Shown here piece by piece: positions 28,398 to 38,239 of a DNA stretch of 64,000 bases (position 1 is its first letter; each line of letters begins with the position of its first letter). The position numbers were made by a program, and so were the translations under genes. The notes under the pieces are model-generated. The model ran no database searches. It had not been told where the DNA came from and worked only from the letters and a program-made list of their open reading frames with translations. The stretch lies in assembly GCA_046331705.1 (NCBI GenBank), contig JAXLQJ010000030.1, forward strand, positions 1 through 64,000, written 5' to 3'. This stretch comes from a bacterium. Its GTDB lineage: Bacteria; JADJOY01.

Positions 28398-31202
28398 TCA
28401 GTCTTCCTCGTCGTCGCTCGCGCCCTGCTTCAACCAGTATTCGACGGAGCTGCACGAGCGAGAGCACAGGTAGTCGACGACCTCGGGGAGGCCGGTGTCG
28501 ATCGCCGGGAAGCTCGCCGACGTGAACCACAGCTCGGCGCCTTCGGCGCGGGGATCCCCCCACATCTCGTGGACCTGGTCCGCGCGCGTGGATGACCAGA
28601 TGCCGTCCTCGTTGCGCTCCACGCGGGACTGCCCGAGTCGCGCACCCAGGCGCTGCGCGGCGTCGAGCTTGGCCGGGCCGTACCCGGGAGCCGCAGCGTC
28701 GCGGTAGAGCGTCACGATCTCCTCGTCGAGCGGACCTCGCTCGCGCGCCCGAGCGATCGCCTCCTCGACGCGCGCCCGTGCCTTGGCGTGGCGCTCGGCC
28801 CGCCGTGCCTCCGCCGCCTGCTTGCCCGCTTCGGGATCGGAGGGTGCGGTCACCATCTCCCACCACACCTTCCATGGCGCGAGCCGCCGCACCGGCTCGT
28901 GCGGCGGCTCGGAAGCGCGCAAGGTGCGATAGGTGGCCCAGGCGCGCTGCTCCGCCTCGGCCTCGGCGGGCGTGAGCGCGGGGCTGGGAACCCAGAGCGG
29001 GCGCAGGTTCATGCCGACCAGCTCCGCGAGGCGCTCGTCGACGTCTGCGGCGAGCGCTCGCGCAACGTCCGCATCCGTGGCGTGGCAGACGAGCGCCACC
29101 TCGACGTCCTCCTGCGTCTCCCGCGAAGCCACCCAGCCCCCCGGCGGCGCCAGCGAGATCCGCTCGCTGCGCCGTGGCACGGTGTCACCGAGATCCGTCT
29201 CATCCGTCTCGGTGTCCTCGGAACGCTTCGCCGGCTCGCGTCCCCCCGCCACGAACACCAAGCGGTCCCAAGCCACCACACGCTCCACGGGTTGGCTCGC
29301 CGATGGATCGCCGCGCAATGCCGCCGCACGCGCGGGCTCGTCCGCCCAGCGCCGCGCTTCCTCCGCGCTCGACGGCGCCAAGATCCACGTCGCGGGCGAT
29401 GGCGCGGATGCGGCAGGACCGCGCCGCTCGGGCCCCTTCCCGTCACGACACTCCACCTTCGTGCCGTCGGTCCGCGGCCCCGCCATGAACGGGCTCGGCG
29501 CCGGCCGGTTCCCGCCCGGCAGCTCTGGCGCGAGCACGCCGAGCCAGAGGATCGCCGCGGTGATGGGCACCGCAAAGAGCGAGGCGGCGTAGACCGCGAG
29601 CCCCACGAGCGTGCCCAGGCAGCCGGGTGGACGGGGCCGACGAAGCTGGGTCACGAGGCGCACCAAGGCGTGGCGTCGCGCCGGCGCGAGCTTGCCGTAG
29701 CCGAGCGTGTGCAGCGCCTGGAACGTGAGCCGAAGCCGGCTCGTCTCGTCGGCGAGGGCCTCGACGGGTGCATCACGCAGCAGCGCCGCGATGCGCGACG
29801 CCCGGATCTGCTGCAACGAGCCGAGCGCCAGCGCGCCGGCGAAGACCGCCAACGCCGGCTCGTGGCCCGCCCACGCGGCCACGGCGAGGAGCCCCGCGCC
29901 GCTCACCGTGAAGAGCAAGTCGGCGACTGGATGCCGCGAGAAGAGCAGCAGGTGGACGATGCGCCCTCCGTCGAGGGGCATGATCGGCAACAAGTTGAGC
30001 AGGTTGATGAAGAACAGCATGTCGATGGCCGTCGTCAGCTCGGGCCGATCGAGCACAGCGAACGAGCCGAGGCGCAGCAACACGGCGAGCACGAGCCCCG
30101 GCAGCGGTCCGGCGAGCAACACCACGAACTCCTGGAACGCCGTCGCGTCCTCCTTCCTGCCGATCGTCGCTGCACCGAGGAAGGGGATGAAGAACACCGA
30201 CGTGTCGCGGTAGCCGAAGGCGCGCATCGCCAGGTAGTGGCCGCCCTCGTGAAACGCGATCACCCCGACCAGCGCGAGCAACGACGCCACCGGTACCGAG
30301 CCCTTGAGCGAGAGCGCGAACGCAAGCCCGCTCGCGACGAGGATCCAGCCCCAGCGCTTGCGCTTCTTTTCGCCCTCGAGCGTGGCGCGGGTGCGCAGGT
30401 ACGCCTCGACCTGCTCCTCGATCGGCACCGCGACCGGCGCGCGTGCCGCGCCGCCCGCCGAGGCCGCGGCCCGCTTGCGCGCGGCCCGCAGTCGTCGGAC
30501 GTCCAGAACCGAGCCAGGCACCGCGCGCAACACGCGAGCGAGCCCGCGCACCGAATAGCGCCAGCTCGAGTCGTCGATCGGTCGCAGCACCCGCGCGCTG
30601 ACCATTGCGTGGAGAAACGCGAGATCCTGAGCCTGTTCGTGAGCCAGGCAGCCGTCGCCGTCGAGCGCCAGCGGCTCGCTGCCGGCGGTCCTGCAGGCGG
30701 CTCGATGCGCCTCCCAGATCCCGGCGGTCGTGGGCGCCCGTGGATCGACGAGGTCGACGCCCGGATAGTCGACGATCTGTCCGGAGCGGCTCAGGTTCGC
30801 GGTGATGATCGAGGGACGATCCGCGAAATACGCGTGGAACGAGAACACGAATGGGTCCGTGCCATCCGCGGTGTCCGAGGTGCCGACGAACGCCCACGCC
30901 CGCTCGCCTGGATGGCGAAGCAAGGCCTTGACCCGCGTCTTCCCCTGCGCGCGGAGCGACGGCCGCACCACCACGAAGCGCGCGCCCTCGAAACCGAGCG
31001 CCGCGAGCTCGTCGAGCGCCGGCGCGAGATGCGCCGGCAGATGAGGCGGGACATCGTCGTCCGTGGCCCACCGATGATCGGGGATCTGGAACACGAAACG
31101 CGAGAACACCACGACGATGACCACCGCCAGCAGCACCAGCACCACGCCCACCACGGGCACGATCGTCGCAAGCGCCGCTCCCGCCACCGAGACCCACTCC
31201 AT
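28398..31202 (-). CDS. Large site-2 protease (M50) family protein
   Basis: HEGGH zinc motif, FFIPFLGA, LAGPLPG, NLLPIMPLDGGR; extra N- and C-terminal soluble regions. Confidence 0.85.
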   Translation of the reverse strand: MEWVSVAGAALATIVPVVGVVLVLLAVVIVVVFSRFVFQIPDHRWATDDDVPPHLPAHLAPALDELAALGFEGARFVVVRPSLRAQGKTRVKALLRHPGERAWAFVGTSDTADGTDPFVFSFHAYFADRPSIITANLSRSGQIVDYPGVDLVDPRAPTTAGIWEAHRAACRTAGSEPLALDGDGCLAHEQAQDLAFLHAMVSARVLRPIDDSSWRYSVRGLARVLRAVPGSVLDVRRLRAARKRAAASAGGAARAPVAVPIEEQVEAYLRTRATLEGEKKRKRWGWILVASGLAFALSLKGSVPVASLLALVGVIAFHEGGHYLAMRAFGYRDTSVFFIPFLGAATIGRKEDATAFQEFVVLLAGPLPGLVLAVLLRLGSFAVLDRPELTTAIDMLFFINLLNLLPIMPLDGGRIVHLLLFSRHPVADLLFTVSGAGLLAVAAWAGHEPALAVFAGALALGSLQQIRASRIAALLRDAPVEALADETSRLRLTFQALHTLGYGKLAPARRHALVRLVTQLRRPRPPGCLGTLVGLAVYAASLFAVPITAAILWLGVLAPELPGGNRPAPSPFMAGPRTDGTKVECRDGKGPERRGPAASAPSPATWILAPSSAEEARRWADEPARAAALRGDPSASQPVERVVAWDRLVFVAGGREPAKRSEDTETDETDLGDTVPRRSERISLAPPGGWVASRETQEDVEVALVCHATDADVARALAADVDERLAELVGMNLRPLWVPSPALTPAEAEAEQRAWATYRTLRASEPPHEPVRRLAPWKVWWEMVTAPSDPEAGKQAAEARRAERHAKARARVEEAIARARERGPLDEEIVTLYRDAAAPGYGPAKLDAAQRLGARLGQSRVERNEDGIWSSTRADQVHEMWGDPRAEGAELWFTSASFPAIDTGLPEVVDYLCSRSCSSVEYWLKQGASDDEED

Positions 31203-31381
31203 GTCGCCCCCTCACCTCGAGAATCCATAAAAACCCGAATCGTGCGCCAACTGCGCGCCGCGATTCTAACCCGGTCGCGCGCGCGCCGTCGCCGCGGAGC
31301 GTGCTGCGAGCGCGCCGCGCGGGCGCGGCGCGAGGCGGCGGTCGCAGCGCGCGGCGCCACGCGCACCGGGCTCCTCGAGCG

Positions 31382-31410
31382 TTGACTTTGCGCGGCGCGG
31401 GGACTAGCTC
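31382..31410 (+). promoter_or_regulatory. Putative sigma70 promoter of the pot operon
   Basis: TTGACT-N17-TAGCTC, ending 8 nt before the ATG. Confidence 0.45.
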
Positions 31411-31418
31411 CCCCCGCC

Positions 31419-32489
31419 ATGTCCGATCGGTCCGGGACCGCTCCCGCCGCCAGCGCCGACGAACCTCCAGGCTTGGTGGTGCGCGGAGCGCGCAAGCGCT
31501 TCGGCGAGGTGGTGGCGCTCGACGACGTAAGCCTGATCGTCGAAGCCGGCGAGTTCGCGACCCTCCTCGGGCCCTCCGGCTGCGGCAAGACCACGCTGCT
31601 TCGCATCCTCGCCGGCCTCGAGCTCGCCGACGCGGGCCAGGTGAGCCTGGGCGGCCGCATCATCGACGGCCTGCCGGCCCACGAGCGACCCGTCAACACG
31701 GTCTTCCAGAGCTACGCGCTCTTCCCTCACCTGGACGTCTTCGACAACGTCGCTTTCGGGCTGCGCTCGCGGCACCGGCCGAAGGACGAGATCGAGCGCG
31801 ACGTGGCCGAGGTGCTGGCCCTGGTGCGCCTCGATGGCCTCGACCGGCGGCGCATCGAGCAGCTCTCGGGCGGACAGAAGCAACGCGTCGCCCTCGCCCG
31901 AGCGCTCGTCAACGAACCGGAGCTTCTGCTTCTCGACGAGCCGATGTCGGCGCTCGACGCCAAGCTGCGCTCCGAGGTCCAGCTCGAGCTGAGGCGCGTG
32001 CAGCGCGAGCACGGCACGACCTTCCTGCTCGTGACTCACGATCAGGACGAGGCCATGACGGTATCGGACCGGATCTTCGTGATGCACGGCGGCCGCATCG
32101 AGCAAAGCGGCGCCCCGAGCGAGATCTACGAACGTCCGCGCACCCGCTTCGTCGCCGAGTTCCTGGGCGCCGCGAACTTGATCGCGGTCGAGCGCAGCGG
32201 CACGACCGAGGTCTCAGGCCCCTTCGGACGGCTGGTCCTCGACGCGCCGCCACCGTGGGAGAGCGGCACGCTGGCGATCCGCCCCGAGCGGATCCGCATC
32301 GAGGCCGCCTCGCCCGTCAACAGGCTCCGCGTCACCGTGACCGATTCGGTCTTCCGCGGCGATCACGTCGATCTCACCGTGGCGCCGGGCCCGTTGCGGG
32401 TGCGCGTCGCGCCCGCGGCGCCGATCGAGACCGGCACCACCCTCGAGCTCTCGCTCCCCCCCGAGCACCTGGTGCCGCTTCATGGCTGA
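31419..32489 (+). CDS. potA: Spermidine/putrescine ABC transporter ATPase
   Basis: GPSGCGKT, RPVNTVFQSYALFPH, LSGGQKQR, LLDEP. Confidence 0.88.
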   Translation: MSDRSGTAPAASADEPPGLVVRGARKRFGEVVALDDVSLIVEAGEFATLLGPSGCGKTTLLRILAGLELADAGQVSLGGRIIDGLPAHERPVNTVFQSYALFPHLDVFDNVAFGLRSRHRPKDEIERDVAEVLALVRLDGLDRRRIEQLSGGQKQRVALARALVNEPELLLLDEPMSALDAKLRSEVQLELRRVQREHGTTFLLVTHDQDEAMTVSDRIFVMHGGRIEQSGAPSEIYERPRTRFVAEFLGAANLIAVERSGTTEVSGPFGRLVLDAPPPWESGTLAIRPERIRIEAASPVNRLRVTVTDSVFRGDHVDLTVAPGPLRVRVAPAAPIETGTTLELSLPPEHLVPLHG

Positions 32490-33393
32490 GCGCGGCCAGC
32501 TGGTGTGGTTGGGACGCATCACCACCCGCCGCCGGCTGCTCGCCAGCTCGGCGGCGCTCGGCTCACCCGCGATCGGCTGGATGGTGCTGCTCTTGATCGT
32601 GCCGTCGGTGGTGATCGCGGTGCTGGCGTTCGCGAGCCGCGCCCCCGACGGCCAGGTGGTGTGGACGCTCGGACTACAGAACTTCGTCCGCCTCGCTGGC
32701 TACGGGCTGCTGGGCTGGACACCCGACTACCTGTGGATCGGCGTGCGCAGCGTGTGGGTGGCGACGGTGACGACCGCGCTGTGCGTCGCGCTCTCCTACC
32801 CGCTCGCGTTCTTCATCGCCGCGCAACCGCCGGCGCGCCAGCGACTCTGCCTCGCCGGAGTGGTGATCCCGATGTGCGTGAACCTGGTGGTGCGCACCTA
32901 CGCCTGGGAGCTGCTGCTCTCGCCGCAGCTTCCGCTGGCGCGGCTCGCGGCGGCGCTCGGGCTGATCGACGAGGGCGCGGGGCTCTACCCGAGTGGGCTC
33001 GCGGTGCAGCTCGGCATGGTGTCGACCTCGCTGCCGTTCGCGGTGCTGCCGCTGGTGGTGAACATCCAGCGCCTCGATCGCGCGCTGATCGAGGCGGCGC
33101 GCGACCTCTACGCCGGTCCCGTGCGCGTGTTCCGGCAAGCGGTGCTGCCGCAGACGTGGCCCGGTCTCGGCGCCGCGGTGGTGCTCACCTTCGTGCCGGC
33201 CATGGGCATGTTCGTGATCTCGGACCGTCTCGGTGGCTCGAACTTCATGCTGGTGGGGAACCTGATCCAGCAGCAATTCGGCTCGAGCCGCGACTATCCG
33301 TTCGGAGCGGCGGTGAGCCTGACGCTGATCGTGCTGACGCTCGTGGGCCTGGTGCTCTACCGGCGGTCCGGGCGTGGGATCGAGCTCGCATGA
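32482..33393 (+). CDS. potB: Spermidine/putrescine ABC permease
   Basis: SYPLAF, NLVVRTYAW, LPFAVLP, EAARDL, GNLIQQQFG..RDYPFGAA. Confidence 0.85.
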   Translation: MAERGQLVWLGRITTRRRLLASSAALGSPAIGWMVLLLIVPSVVIAVLAFASRAPDGQVVWTLGLQNFVRLAGYGLLGWTPDYLWIGVRSVWVATVTTALCVALSYPLAFFIAAQPPARQRLCLAGVVIPMCVNLVVRTYAWELLLSPQLPLARLAAALGLIDEGAGLYPSGLAVQLGMVSTSLPFAVLPLVVNIQRLDRALIEAARDLYAGPVRVFRQAVLPQTWPGLGAAVVLTFVPAMGMFVISDRLGGSNFMLVGNLIQQQFGSSRDYPFGAAVSLTLIVLTLVGLVLYRRSGRGIELA

Positions 33394-34193
33394 GGGCCGC
33401 CGCGCAGATGCGCTTGATCCGCGGCACCGGGCACGCGCTCACGGCGCTCGCGTACGCGGTGCTGTGGCTGCCGTTGGTGGCGGTCGCGGTCTACTCCTTC
33501 AACAGCGCCCGAATCGGACTCGACTGGGAAGGCTTCTCGCTGCGCTGGTACGCGAGCCTGCTGCGAAACGAGGGCATCCGACACGCCGCGCTCGACACCT
33601 TCCTGCTGGCGGGCGCCTCCACCGCCATCGCCACGGCGCTCGGCACCGCGCTGGCGATGGCGCTGGTGCGCTACCCGCAGCCGCGCTGGCTCAGACCGGT
33701 GCTGGACGTGGTGGTCGATCTGCCGATCGTCACACCCGACATCGTGTTCGCCGCGGCGCTGGTGATCGCGTTCGGCTTCGCGCGCGCGCTCTCGGACCTC
33801 TTCCAGCCCGGGCTGCTCACGATGATCCTCGGGCACGTCACCTTCCAGATCTCGTTCGTGGCGCTGGTCGTGCGAAGCCGCCTGGTGGTGCTCGGTCCGA
33901 CCTTGAGCGAGGCGGCCCACGACCTCAACGCGACGCCGCGCCAGGCGTTCCGACGCGTGACGTTGCCGCTCATCACGCCCGCCATCGCCGCCGGCGCGGT
34001 GCTCGCGTTCACGCTCTCGCTCGACGATTTCGTCATCAGCTTCTTCACGGCGGGGCCCAAATCGGACACCTTGCCGATCTACATCTACTCGTCGATGCGC
34101 CGTGGCCTGAGCCCGGAGATCCACGCGCTCTCGACGCTGATCGTCGCGGTGACCGCGCTCTTGGTGCTCGGCTTCGACAGGGGGAAACGATGA
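33390..34193 (+). CDS. potC: Spermidine/putrescine ABC permease
   Basis: YSFN, GFSLRWY, EAAHDL, FTLSLDDFVISFF, TLPIYIYS. Confidence 0.88.
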   Translation: MRAAAQMRLIRGTGHALTALAYAVLWLPLVAVAVYSFNSARIGLDWEGFSLRWYASLLRNEGIRHAALDTFLLAGASTAIATALGTALAMALVRYPQPRWLRPVLDVVVDLPIVTPDIVFAAALVIAFGFARALSDLFQPGLLTMILGHVTFQISFVALVVRSRLVVLGPTLSEAAHDLNATPRQAFRRVTLPLITPAIAAGAVLAFTLSLDDFVISFFTAGPKSDTLPIYIYSSMRRGLSPEIHALSTLIVAVTALLVLGFDRGKR

Positions 34194-35299
34194 GGAACGC
34201 AGCCATTCGCCGTGGGCGCGTCGCGCCCCGGGCCACCGTCTGCACGCTGCTCGCCGTCGCGGCGCTCGCCGTCGCGTTCGTGTCGAGCGCTCGCGCGGGC
34301 GAGCCGAAGCCCACCGGCGAGCTCAACTTCTACAACTTCGCCGAATACATGGACCCGCAGATCCTGGCGGACTTCCGGGCCAAGACAGGCATCCAGGTCA
34401 ACGAGTCGTATTACGAGTCCACCGAGGACATGATCGCCAAGCTGCAGCACGGCGGCGGCGCGTCGCAATACGACCTGGTGGTGGTGACCGACCGCGCGGT
34501 GCCGCAGATGGCGCGGCTCGGGCTGCTCGCGAAGCTCGATCACGCACAGATCCCGAACCTCGCGAACCTCGACGAACGCTTCCAGAAGCTCGACGTCGAC
34601 CCCGGCAACCAGTACTCGGTGGCGTACCAATGGGGCACCGTCGGGATCCTCTACAACAAGGCGAAGCTCCCCGGCTTCGAGCCCTCGTGGAGCGCGATCT
34701 TCGACCCCGCCAAGCAGAAGGGACGCTTCCTGCTCCTCGACGAGATGCGCGACATGATGGGCGTCGCGCTGCGCTACAAGGGCTTCGACGTCAACACGGT
34801 GAAGCCCGAGGAGCTGAAGGCCGCGAGTGACGCCATCATCGCCGCCAAGCGAAGCCCGAAGGCGCTCGGCTTCGAGGGCGGCGTGGGGGCGAAGAACAAG
34901 ATCGCCGGCGGCAGCGCCGACCTCGGCATCGTGTGGAACGGCGATGCGTTCCGCGCCATCGAGGAGGACAAGAAGAAGCGCCTCGACTACGTGATCCCGC
35001 GCGAGGGGTCGATGATCTGGACCGACACCATCGCCGTCACCGGCAAGGCGCCGAACGCGCGCGCGGCCCACGCGTTCATCGACTTCCTGCTCGATCCGCA
35101 CGTGGGCGCTCGGCTCTCCAACTTCAACAAGTTCGCGACTCCGAACAAGGCGTCGCTCGCGTTCATCGACCCGGCGGACGCGAAGAATCCGATCCTCTAT
35201 CCCTCGCCCGAGGCGCTCGCGACGCTGCAATCGCTGCGCGACGTGGGCGAGGCGGATCGCCTCTACGACGAGGCGTGGACGGCCGTGAAGTCGCGATGA
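34190..35299 (+). CDS. potD: Spermidine/putrescine-binding periplasmic protein
   Basis: Signal peptide; YNFAEY, YQWGTVGILYN, WNGD, IPREGSMIWTD. Confidence 0.88.
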   Translation: MRNAAIRRGRVAPRATVCTLLAVAALAVAFVSSARAGEPKPTGELNFYNFAEYMDPQILADFRAKTGIQVNESYYESTEDMIAKLQHGGGASQYDLVVVTDRAVPQMARLGLLAKLDHAQIPNLANLDERFQKLDVDPGNQYSVAYQWGTVGILYNKAKLPGFEPSWSAIFDPAKQKGRFLLLDEMRDMMGVALRYKGFDVNTVKPEELKAASDAIIAAKRSPKALGFEGGVGAKNKIAGGSADLGIVWNGDAFRAIEEDKKKRLDYVIPREGSMIWTDTIAVTGKAPNARAAHAFIDFLLDPHVGARLSNFNKFATPNKASLAFIDPADAKNPILYPSPEALATLQSLRDVGEADRLYDEAWTAVKSR

Positions 35300-36177
35300 C
35301 GGGAGCCGCCGGCAGCGGGGCGTCGAAGCCCCACGTCCACCACCGCCGCTACCGGGTCTCGCCGCACGTCGAGCTCGCCGCCGACACCTGGGGGCGCGCC
35401 GACGCGCCTCCGGTGGTGCTCTTGCACGGCGGTGGCCAGACCCGCCACGCGTGGAGCGGCACCGGGCGCGCGATCGCCGCGGACGGCTACTTCGTCGCGA
35501 GCGTGGATCTGCGCGGCCACGGCGAGAGCTCGTGGCCAGAGGACGGCGACTACTCGCTGGACGCCTTCGTGGACGACGTGGTGGCCCTCGCCCGTCAGTT
35601 CTCCGCGCCGCCCGTGCTGGTGGGCGCGTCGCTCGGCGGGCTCTCGTCGCTCTTCGCCGCCGCCACCGTCGAACCACCGCTCGCGCGGGCGCTGGTGCTG
35701 GTGGACATCGCGACCCGCAGCGAGGCGAGCGGCGTCGAGAAGATCGTCGCGTTCATGCGCGCCGCTCCCGACGGCTTCGCCAGCCTGGAGGAAGCGGCGG
35801 ATCTCATCGCCACGTACCTTCCCCACCGTCCCCGCCGCAAGGACATCGAAGGGCTGCGCAAGAACCTGCGCCACGGCGCCGACGGACGCTGGCGCTGGCA
35901 TTGGGACCCGCGCTTCATCGACGGCATGCGTCGCCCGCGGGTCATCGACAAGGTGGAGATGCTCGACGACGCCGCGCGCAAGCTGCGGCTGCCGACGCTG
36001 CTGGTGCGCGGCCGGATGAGCGAGATCGTGAGCGAGGAGGGCGCGCGTCATTTCCTGGACCTCGCGCCGCACGCCCAGTACGTCGACATCGCCGGTGCGG
36101 GTCACATGGTCGCCGGCGACCGCAACGACGCCTTCACCGAAGCGGTCCGCGACTTCCTCACCGCGCTCGGCCGCTGA
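35296..36177 (+). CDS. Alpha/beta fold hydrolase
   Basis: LHGGGQTRHAW, DLRGHGES, GASLGG, AGHMVAGDRND. Confidence 0.9.
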   Translation: MTGAAGSGASKPHVHHRRYRVSPHVELAADTWGRADAPPVVLLHGGGQTRHAWSGTGRAIAADGYFVASVDLRGHGESSWPEDGDYSLDAFVDDVVALARQFSAPPVLVGASLGGLSSLFAAATVEPPLARALVLVDIATRSEASGVEKIVAFMRAAPDGFASLEEAADLIATYLPHRPRRKDIEGLRKNLRHGADGRWRWHWDPRFIDGMRRPRVIDKVEMLDDAARKLRLPTLLVRGRMSEIVSEEGARHFLDLAPHAQYVDIAGAGHMVAGDRNDAFTEAVRDFLTALGR

Positions 36178-36205
36178 CGCGCCCGTCCGCCCGCTCGTCG
36201 CCGCG

Positions 36206-36667
36206 CTACGCGAGCGTGGCGAGATCGGCGAGCAGCAGCTCGCGCTCGGCGGGATCGGCGATCTGGTTCGCCAGGGCGCGCGCCTTGGCCAGGTGCGCGC
36301 TCGCTTCCGCTTGGCGCCCGGCGGCCATCTCGGCGCGGGCCAGCGCTTCGTGGGCGTAGCCCAGGTAGAAGGCATCGAGGCCCTGGCTGAGATCGAGGCA
36401 GATCTGCCCGTAGCGCTTGGCCTCGCCGACGAGCCCGAGCAGCACGTGGATGCGCGACGCCTGCCAGTAGCCGATCGAGAGGTTCTTGGGAGCGCAGTCC
36501 GGGCGCTGCGTCCAGTGGAAGATCGACGCTTGATTGAGGGCGATCATCTGCCGGTCCTCGGCGGGCGACCGGTCCTGCTTCTCGATGAGATTCCACGCCT
36601 TGTTGAAGCAGTCCGCCGCGAAGAAGCGGTGGGCGGCGAGGACGTCGAAGGTGGGCTTGGCTGGCAC
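36206..36667 (-). CDS. Conserved hypothetical helical protein
   Basis: HRFFAADCFNKAWNLIEK...ASIFHW...YAHEALARA; co-oriented with the DUF1697 gene. Confidence 0.7.
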   Translation of the reverse strand: MPAKPTFDVLAAHRFFAADCFNKAWNLIEKQDRSPAEDRQMIALNQASIFHWTQRPDCAPKNLSIGYWQASRIHVLLGLVGEAKRYGQICLDLSQGLDAFYLGYAHEALARAEMAAGRQAEASAHLAKARALANQIADPAERELLLADLATLA

Positions 36668-36682
36668 GCGGTCTCCTTTCGC

Positions 36683-37240
36683 TCAGCGATCGAGCGGACG
36701 ACATGGGTATCTCGCGGCGAGCCGCACGAGCGTGCTCATGCCGCGCAAGGTGGCGCGGCAGTCGAGCGTTCGCTCCAGCACCGCGTTCGAGAACGTCGAT
36801 TCGCTCTGTTTCTTCCTGCAGAGCCAGTAGACCTCGCGACCGTGGACGTGGAAAGCGTCGATGTCGGACGCGAGGGCAGCGAGGCGATCCCGCCCGGCGG
36901 CGCTCGGTGCATCGGCCAGGAGGGCCACGTTGAGCGCCGCGGAGCTCGCGACCGCCGCCGCCGGAAACGCCGGGTGAGCGAGGACCGCCGCCAGCTCGGT
37001 GTCGGTGCGCAGGAACGCGGGCACCGCATAGCCCAACGCTGCCGTCAGGTGCCCTTCGATCCGGCGCTCGAGCTGCCCTGCCCGCCCGCTCGCCTCGAAC
37101 ACCACGTTGCCACTGGCGAGAAAGGTCTCGGCGCCGTCCAGGCCGAGCTCGCCGAACAGGCCGCGCAGCCGTTCCGCCGACACGAATCGTCCGCCCACGT
37201 TGATCGCCCGCAGGAACGCGAAATAGCGCCGCCTCTCCAT
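36683..37240 (-). CDS. DUF1697 domain protein
   Basis: YFAFLRAINVGG, TFLASGNVVF. Confidence 0.88.
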   Translation of the reverse strand: MERRRYFAFLRAINVGGRFVSAERLRGLFGELGLDGAETFLASGNVVFEASGRAGQLERRIEGHLTAALGYAVPAFLRTDTELAAVLAHPAFPAAAVASSAALNVALLADAPSAAGRDRLAALASDIDAFHVHGREVYWLCRKKQSESTFSNAVLERTLDCRATLRGMSTLVRLAARYPCRPLDR

Positions 37241-37451
37241 TCGTCGCTCCGGGAAGACGCTCGCGCCAACCGCGGCGATCCAATCACACACAACTTGCGT
37301 TGGCAGCGTGCCGGCTCGACCGGATCCCCCGTTCTACGGACGTTCGAAAACGGCCGCGGACTCGAATAGGCGCCGGTGCACGAGCGCCGAAGTTGCGATT
37401 CACTCGCGCAGCGCCGGCGCCGTCACTCGCCGGATCGGCCCGGAGGTCGAG

Positions 37452-37979
37452 ATGAAACGCTTCACGCTCACGCCGTTTCGGCACGCGAACGCGGCACTCG
37501 TTCTCGGGCTGCTGCTGACCGTCGGCGGGCTCGCCGACGCGGCGACGCCACCCGACGCCGCCGCGCCGCCGGCGCCTTCCTTCACGCTGCCCGCGCGCGA
37601 CGGGTCGGTGTCGCTCGATGCGCTGCGCGGTCGGGTCGTCTACGTCGACTTCTGGGCCTCGTGGTGCGGACCGTGTCAGCTCTCGTTCCCGTGGATGCGC
37701 GAGCTGCACGACCGCTATGCGAAGCAGGGTCTGGTGATCGTCGCGATCGACCTCGACAAGGATCGCAAGGCCGCGGATGCGTTCCTCAGCCGCCACACGA
37801 GCCCGTTCCTCGTCGCCTACGACCCGGCCGGCAAGTCCGCGGAGGCCTTCGACGTGGGCGCGATGCCCTCGAGCTACTTGATCGGCCCGCAAGGCACCGT
37901 CCTGCACACCATGTCCGGCTTCGACGAGGACAAGGCGAGGCAGACCGAGGCGCTCATCCAGAAGGCGCTCGTGCCATGA
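37452..37979 (+). CDS. TlpA-family thiol:disulfide oxidoreductase
   Basis: Signal peptide; DFWASWCGPC; AMPSSYLI; GGAGG RBS. Confidence 0.92.
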   Translation: MKRFTLTPFRHANAALVLGLLLTVGGLADAATPPDAAAPPAPSFTLPARDGSVSLDALRGRVVYVDFWASWCGPCQLSFPWMRELHDRYAKQGLVIVAIDLDKDRKAADAFLSRHTSPFLVAYDPAGKSAEAFDVGAMPSSYLIGPQGTVLHTMSGFDEDKARQTEALIQKALVP

Positions 37980-38239
37980 CGGCCTCGACCGCGCACGCAT
38001 CGTCCCGCGCGCGTCGGACGCGCCTCGCGCTGGCGGCGCTCGTCGTAGCACTCGCTTCCACCGCTGCCGCGTGTGACGCGATGAAGGTGCACCCCTGGGA
38101 CCGCGACCTGCTGGCGCAGCCCCAGATGCAATTCATCGTGCACCCGATGGTCCACGCCATCGACGAGCACATCTACTTCAGCAAGGAAGGATCCACCGGC
38201 GGCTCGGACGTGGGCGGTGGAGGTTGCGGATGCAACTGA
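37976..38239 (+). CDS. DUF4266 domain protein
   Basis: VHPWDRDLLA..HIYFSKEG..GGGGCGCN C-terminus. Confidence 0.88.
   Translation: MTASTAHASSRARRTRLALAALVVALASTAAACDAMKVHPWDRDLLAQPQMQFIVHPMVHAIDEHIYFSKEGSTGGSDVGGGGCGCN

Noticed and set aside
28788-31385. 865-aa plus-strand ORF
   Set aside because: Antisense shadow of the M50 protease.
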